64,000 bases of DNA, taken from contig JBLDXI010000033.1 in assembly GCA_047495785.1 (NCBI GenBank), positions 1,984,001 to 2,048,000 on the forward strand, in the 5' to 3' direction. Below the pieces are notes generated by a model that saw nothing but the letters and a program-made list of their open reading frames with translations, was not told the DNA's origin and did no database searches. This document shows positions 59,366 to 64,000 of this stretch, piece after piece (within the stretch, counting starts at the first letter, position 1; every line of letters begins with the position of its first letter). The stretch comes from Lepidodermella squamata (lineage: Eukaryota; Animalia; Gastrotricha). Both the position numbers and the translations under genes were made by a program.

Positions 59366-59872
59366 TCACCGCTTGGCTGCGGTAGACGAAGATGAAGGGG
59401 CGAAACGGGAGGTTAAGCCTGTTTGCGCGTTGTTGACAATTTTTCCTCGCTGGGCAGCGCTGACTAATCGCACGGCGTCTCCTTGCATGTCGACTGTCGG
59501 ATCAAATGGTTTTCGAGCTGGTTTCTCCAGTTTATCCAATTTAGCCTTTTCCTCTTTTTTCTTTTCAGAATGAATTTCTAACAAGGATTTCTTCTTCTTT
59601 TTTTTCTTCTCCTCCTTCTTGGATTTTTTACTTTTCTCATCGTCTGACGCTTTACGTTTTCGACTGGAATCCTTGCTTTTCCGTTTGCTTGATTGATCTG
59701 CTGAATCAGATCCAGGCAGCGCCGGACCGAATTCGCTATCCGTTTCAGAGTCCGTTTCAGATTCAGCCGCAGAAAAACCTGGGGGCAACTGGGGGAATAA
59801 AGCCGTACTTTCCGTCCGTTTGGCCTTCACAGTATCAGTGCATGATGGAGGTAATGCAGGACCGTAAGACAT
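59366..59872 (-). CDS. GPALPP1: GPALPP motifs-containing protein 1-like (short form)
   Basis: YGPALPP, FPQLPPGF and FGPALP motifs; SLLEIH, RKPFD..D and terminal LTSRF of DUF3752. Confidence 0.8.
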   Translation of the reverse strand: MSYGPALPPSCTDTVKAKRTESTALFPQLPPGFSAAESETDSETDSEFGPALPGSDSADQSSKRKSKDSSRKRKASDDEKSKKSKKEEKKKKKKKSLLEIHSEKKKEEKAKLDKLEKPARKPFDPTVDMQGDAVRLVSAAQRGKIVNNAQTGLTSRFAPSSSSTAAKR

Positions 59873-62003
59873 TACGTATTAACACAATCTAACAAAATAT
59901 TCGAGCGTTATTGGGAGAAAATATATAATTCGGCGTATTTTTCACGTCCTAATCCTTCATTCTTTTAATCATGAAGGATTAAAACAGGGGCACAATAATG
60001 TAATTAATACAAAAATCATTCATCAATAGAAGATATGACGAGTGAGAGCCTCAGGTATCTCGAGCTAGACTAGAAATAACAAGGACGAAACTGTAGGTCG
60101 CGATCACTCGAGAAATAAATAAATGTCTAAGATTGGACAGAATCTATTATACAATTCAGTTTTAAATGTATCTCCACTAAAAACCCTCCAAGGTACGAGT
60201 TGCTATATCATAATAACATTTTTGCGCTTTCTCAACAGAAAAACAAGAAATAATTTAGCCTTCGCTTCTGCTGGGAAGGGCACTGTTTCTTTAACAATTG
60301 CTTCACAATCACAACGGCTATCATTTCCTATTTATAAATCACTTTCTTCTCGGCCTTCTCCGATAAAATTCAATCACGATATTAGACCATCGACCGACCA
60401 CAAAAAGTCGATAATTTTTTACAGACAGCCTTCCTCATTATGTCCAGACACCTAGCTTTTTGATATATTCTCAAATATTGGGGATCAAGAACATCAACGA
60501 TTTTCTCTATACAGTAAATAGTAGGTAAGCTCATATATAACTGCATCCCAAGATTTCTATAATATATGAAAAGCTGGTAGGTTACTGACGCTATTAGGTT
60601 TACTTTAATATTGGTTTGGATTATTATTAGTCAAGATTTTATGGTCGACTGATCATATTCTCAGCTTCCAATGTCGTCATAACGTAATCTACTTATGATG
60701 GAACTTACCGACGCAGTAAATCATGGCCTCTTGAAGCTACCTACAATGTGAACATACAACAGACACAAAACACATTCAACCGCCATGACCCTCATTGGCA
60801 AGCCTTACAGGAATACACACAAGTGACCCAAGGTAAAAGGTGAAACGACCGAGAATGCGCCCTCTCAATTCGGCGATGCAAGAATGATAAATGCGCAGGT
60901 AATTTTGACAGTTCTAGATTATAGAGCACCACAAATCGAAGAAATATGACGCGTCAAAAAAATGTTCGGCTCGAGACAGCCGTAACAGCATGCAAGAATC
61001 TGAAAAGCGGTTTTTCCGACAGGCGTCACCACGTTGAACCCTAGCGATGGGGATTCCCGGGTCCCCCGTCGACTTGCGCGCGGTGAGTGTGCGCGATTGA
61101 GCGCATTGAAAAATCCTCAATTTCTGAAATTCTCCTTGATAAAAGCATCAATAGTATTAATATTTATTATTTTCGGTTACTAAATATTTAAATATGTCAA
61201 AACCAAATATCTATACAAATCCTCAGGCCTTCATCTCGTCGAATTTTTTGGCTGCGAGCGGCGTTTTTTCTCCAACTCTGAGCTCTGTTCACCTATGGGG
61301 TATATGGTGCTTGGTGTGATCAAAACCTTGACTGCCGCTTGAATGTTGCTACCTACCTAGCATTTCTCGCTTTCTCGCATCCCTAACCAACTAATTAGTT
61401 GCCCATTTTTATAACATGCAGCTCTCCACGACCGATGTGTTAATAACTGAGCTAAAATGTGTTCATCTGGCCACGTCGAGCTTTGGGCTTGATTCAGTCC
61501 GAATCATATCCTTCCAAGATCAAAATTTCACATCAGATACATCAGATATATCAAATATATCTATGACTTGGACTATTTGTTGTTTAGAAAAGGTTCGAGA
61601 ATGTATACAATTCACCTACTTCAACTTTTAGATATCTGGTTTGTTTGACGTCTGTCCTTCACAAGTTACGAGTGCAATAACAATAAATATTATTCAGGCG
61701 AGTCTATAACACTGTATTTAATTGTAAGAGATGGGTGTTATACGTATATGTATTTTTAGCATTGCTGTATTTTTAGCCTCCGTGTGTATACGCAAAATTT
61801 CAAGTGATTTTTTTTATATGAAAAATGAACCATCAGCCTTTGTTGGGCCCAATCTCTATTCTCTATTCCAACTACTTAGTTGGGATAAATAAGTAGAATA
61901 AAGAGTTCTGATCTTTCTAACTTTCTTTTTGAATGTTTCTTTTAATCTGAGGTTGAAATTACTGCCGTCTAGAATATCTATTTAATTTTTGGTTATGGTC
62001 TTG

Positions 62004-63044
62004 ATGGAAGGCGATATGCAATATGCCGCTGGCGAACAGTTAGATGGAAGTGAAGGTTTTGATCAAGATGCCCAGCTGAAGCTTGACAATTTCTGGACTG
62101 AAGTAATGGATGATATCCGAAAAGCAGTAAGAGACAACGTCATTTGCATTGTCATCTTAGTTGTCATTTGTTTGCTAATACAGAAAGATTTCAAAGAAAT
62201 GGAGCTGCCTATTGCTCGTATCAAAAGAATCATGAAACTGGATGAAGATGTGAAAGTAATGATTTGCAATCCAAGTTTGATGTAATTAACTTCATTCAAC
62301 CCAGATGATAGCGGCTGAAACACCAGTGCTGTTCGCTAAAGCTGCGGAAATATTTATTAAAGACTTGACCCTTAGAGCATGGCTAATGACTGAGGAAAGC
62401 AAGCGAAGAACGCTTCAAGTAATTTTGATGTCTCTTAATTCGATCTGTCATTTGATCTTTTTATTTCAATGACATCTTTTCAGCGGAATGACATTTCTTC
62501 TGCTGCTGGAAAATGCGAAATGTTCGACTTCCTAATCGACGTACTCCCTCGAGAAGATGCCAAAACCGCCAGAAGAACTCAAGGCCACACGACACCAAAC
62601 ACCGCTGCTAATGCGGGATATGTGCAACAGAGCATTCCACAGATGGATGGCAGCGCGACTGTCTCCATTCCTGCGAGTATGATTACAGCCTAGTCAAATC
62701 TATATTAAGTTGAATTGCTCCTGTTTACAGCTATGGGAGGAGGGGATCAGATGCAGCAAATAGTGATCCAGCTGCCAGCATCTATTCTGTCCGCGCTCAG
62801 TCCTCAAAAGCAATCTGGCGGTATCACGATAATGCAACAAATGCCTATGACAATGTCAGGAGGAATCTCCCAGCATCAGCAGTTAACTCTGACCGATGAT
62901 TCAGGTGTCCTCACCGCGGACGGTACTCAGATTGTCGCCATTGGAGGCAGCGACAATGGTACTATCCAACTTTCTGCCGCTCAACTGCAGTCTTTATTAC
63001 AACCCGCAGCGCTCAAGCAATCGATGCATCCTCAGCAGCATTAA
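62004..63044 (+). CDS. NFYC: Nuclear transcription factor Y subunit gamma, 5 exons
   Basis: [18 protein letters not shown]|[36 protein letters not shown]|RNDI...[10 protein letters not shown] histone fold; Q-rich tail. Confidence 0.96.
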
Positions 63045-63284
63045 AATTTCTTTTCTAAACTAATTTCTTACTTTGCTTTCTTGCTTGTTCATATGTCATT
63101 CCCAGTGACGCTATCTAATCCAACTAAAGCTAATATTTCAGGTGAATCACCTTGATTTCGTGCGAATGTCGATCGGAAATCGCGATAGATGAAATTTTGA
63201 TATTCCACTTCGAGATTAATGTTGATTTCTTTCTCAGGTAGAACTTTTGTTATATTTTTATATGGAATCATAAAGCAAAGAAAT

Positions 63285-64000
63285 ATGGAGGAAGAGAAAA
63301 TGACCATCGAAGACAAGGTATAATTTGCCATTGACACGACGCCTATTTTGATCATTACTTTTTTTACTACCTAAGGTTCGATCCTTGTTGGAGATGGGCT
63401 TCGGCGACGAGTCAAACGTGAGGAGACAGCTTACCAGGGCAAAAAATGATTTGAGCGTAGCCGTTGCCTACTTGACCGACGATGATGGTAGTTGGGTAGC
63501 ACCGCCCCCTGTGCAGGCAAAATCTTCGCAATCTACTGACACTTCTTTAGCGCCCTATACAGGAGAAAGTGAGTGGCCGTTATTGTTGCTTCTATGCTTT
63601 AATCTCATTTGATCATCGTAGATGTGACTGAGTTTCCTGAAACTCACCTTTATGATTTGATTGATCGAGCAAGCGGCCAGAGCACTTGGAACATTCCTTA
63701 TCAGAGACACGAATCGCTCGGTGTCATGTTAAATGCTACCACGCAGTTTCTTGATCGAGGTCAGCTCGATGGTATCCCATCGATGGAGCAATTTTTGTTG
63801 TCTGTGCTTCCTGATTGTATCGATAAGCTGACAATGTCTTCTGCGGTTTCCGGATGGAAGGAAGATGTCGTCACCGGTGTTTTCGATATGCTTTCATTGA
63901 CCGTGGAGCTTATCGCTAGTTATGCTGCTCATCGCGTTCTGCCATCAGAGCTTTCTCAATCTTTGACGAACATTTTCGACAAAAACAACAAGTTTTTCAG
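63285..64000 (+). CDS. USP24: Ubiquitin-specific protease 24 homolog, 5' part (UBA domain); runs off window end
   Basis: LLEMGFGD...AKNDLSVAVAYLT (UBA), EFPETHLYDL...WNIPYQRHESLG and KLTMSSAVSGW....GVFDML match the USP24 N-terminus. Confidence 0.88.

Overview
This is a gene-dense window from a compact animal (invertebrate) genome with introns mostly ~45-60 bp. It is not prokaryotic, and I found no CRISPR array, rRNA or intact tRNA. About 22 protein-coding genes can be reconstructed: SMC2 (5' part), REXO1, a GPI-anchored double-Kunitz protein, a divergent SYCP2-like meiotic axis protein, DDX56, DCAF4, ERI1, a putative SEFIR/TIR-RING-IBR protein, C1orf87-like, two tandem Lachesin/IgLON-like genes, XBP1, a catalytically dead ODC homolog (antizyme-inhibitor-like), UGCG, AEP transaminase (PhnW-like), STPG1, PARS2, KICS2, EIF2B3, RPS20, GPALPP1, NFYC and USP24 (5' part). 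Mobile DNA comprises an apparently intact single-ORF CR1/L2-group LINE, a tRNA-derived SINE and a TGT..ACA MITE. The most notable signals are as follows. (1) The LINE ORF encodes a ~399-aa multi-transmembrane-like polypeptide joined through a canonical 2A StopGo motif (DIESNPG/P) to PHD-PHD-APE-RT. (2) The dead ODC gene has a non-AUG (ATT) uORF ending YIEGL..FYPVW*, resembling the polyamine-sensing uCC. (3) XBP1 has a clear 23-nt IRE1 intron and a UPRE cluster. (4) Several co-directional gene pairs lie ~70-115 bp apart with orphan 3' splice acceptors, suggesting operons resolved by SL trans-splicing. Gene identities rest on my recognition of motifs, not on database searches, and exon boundaries were inferred by hand.
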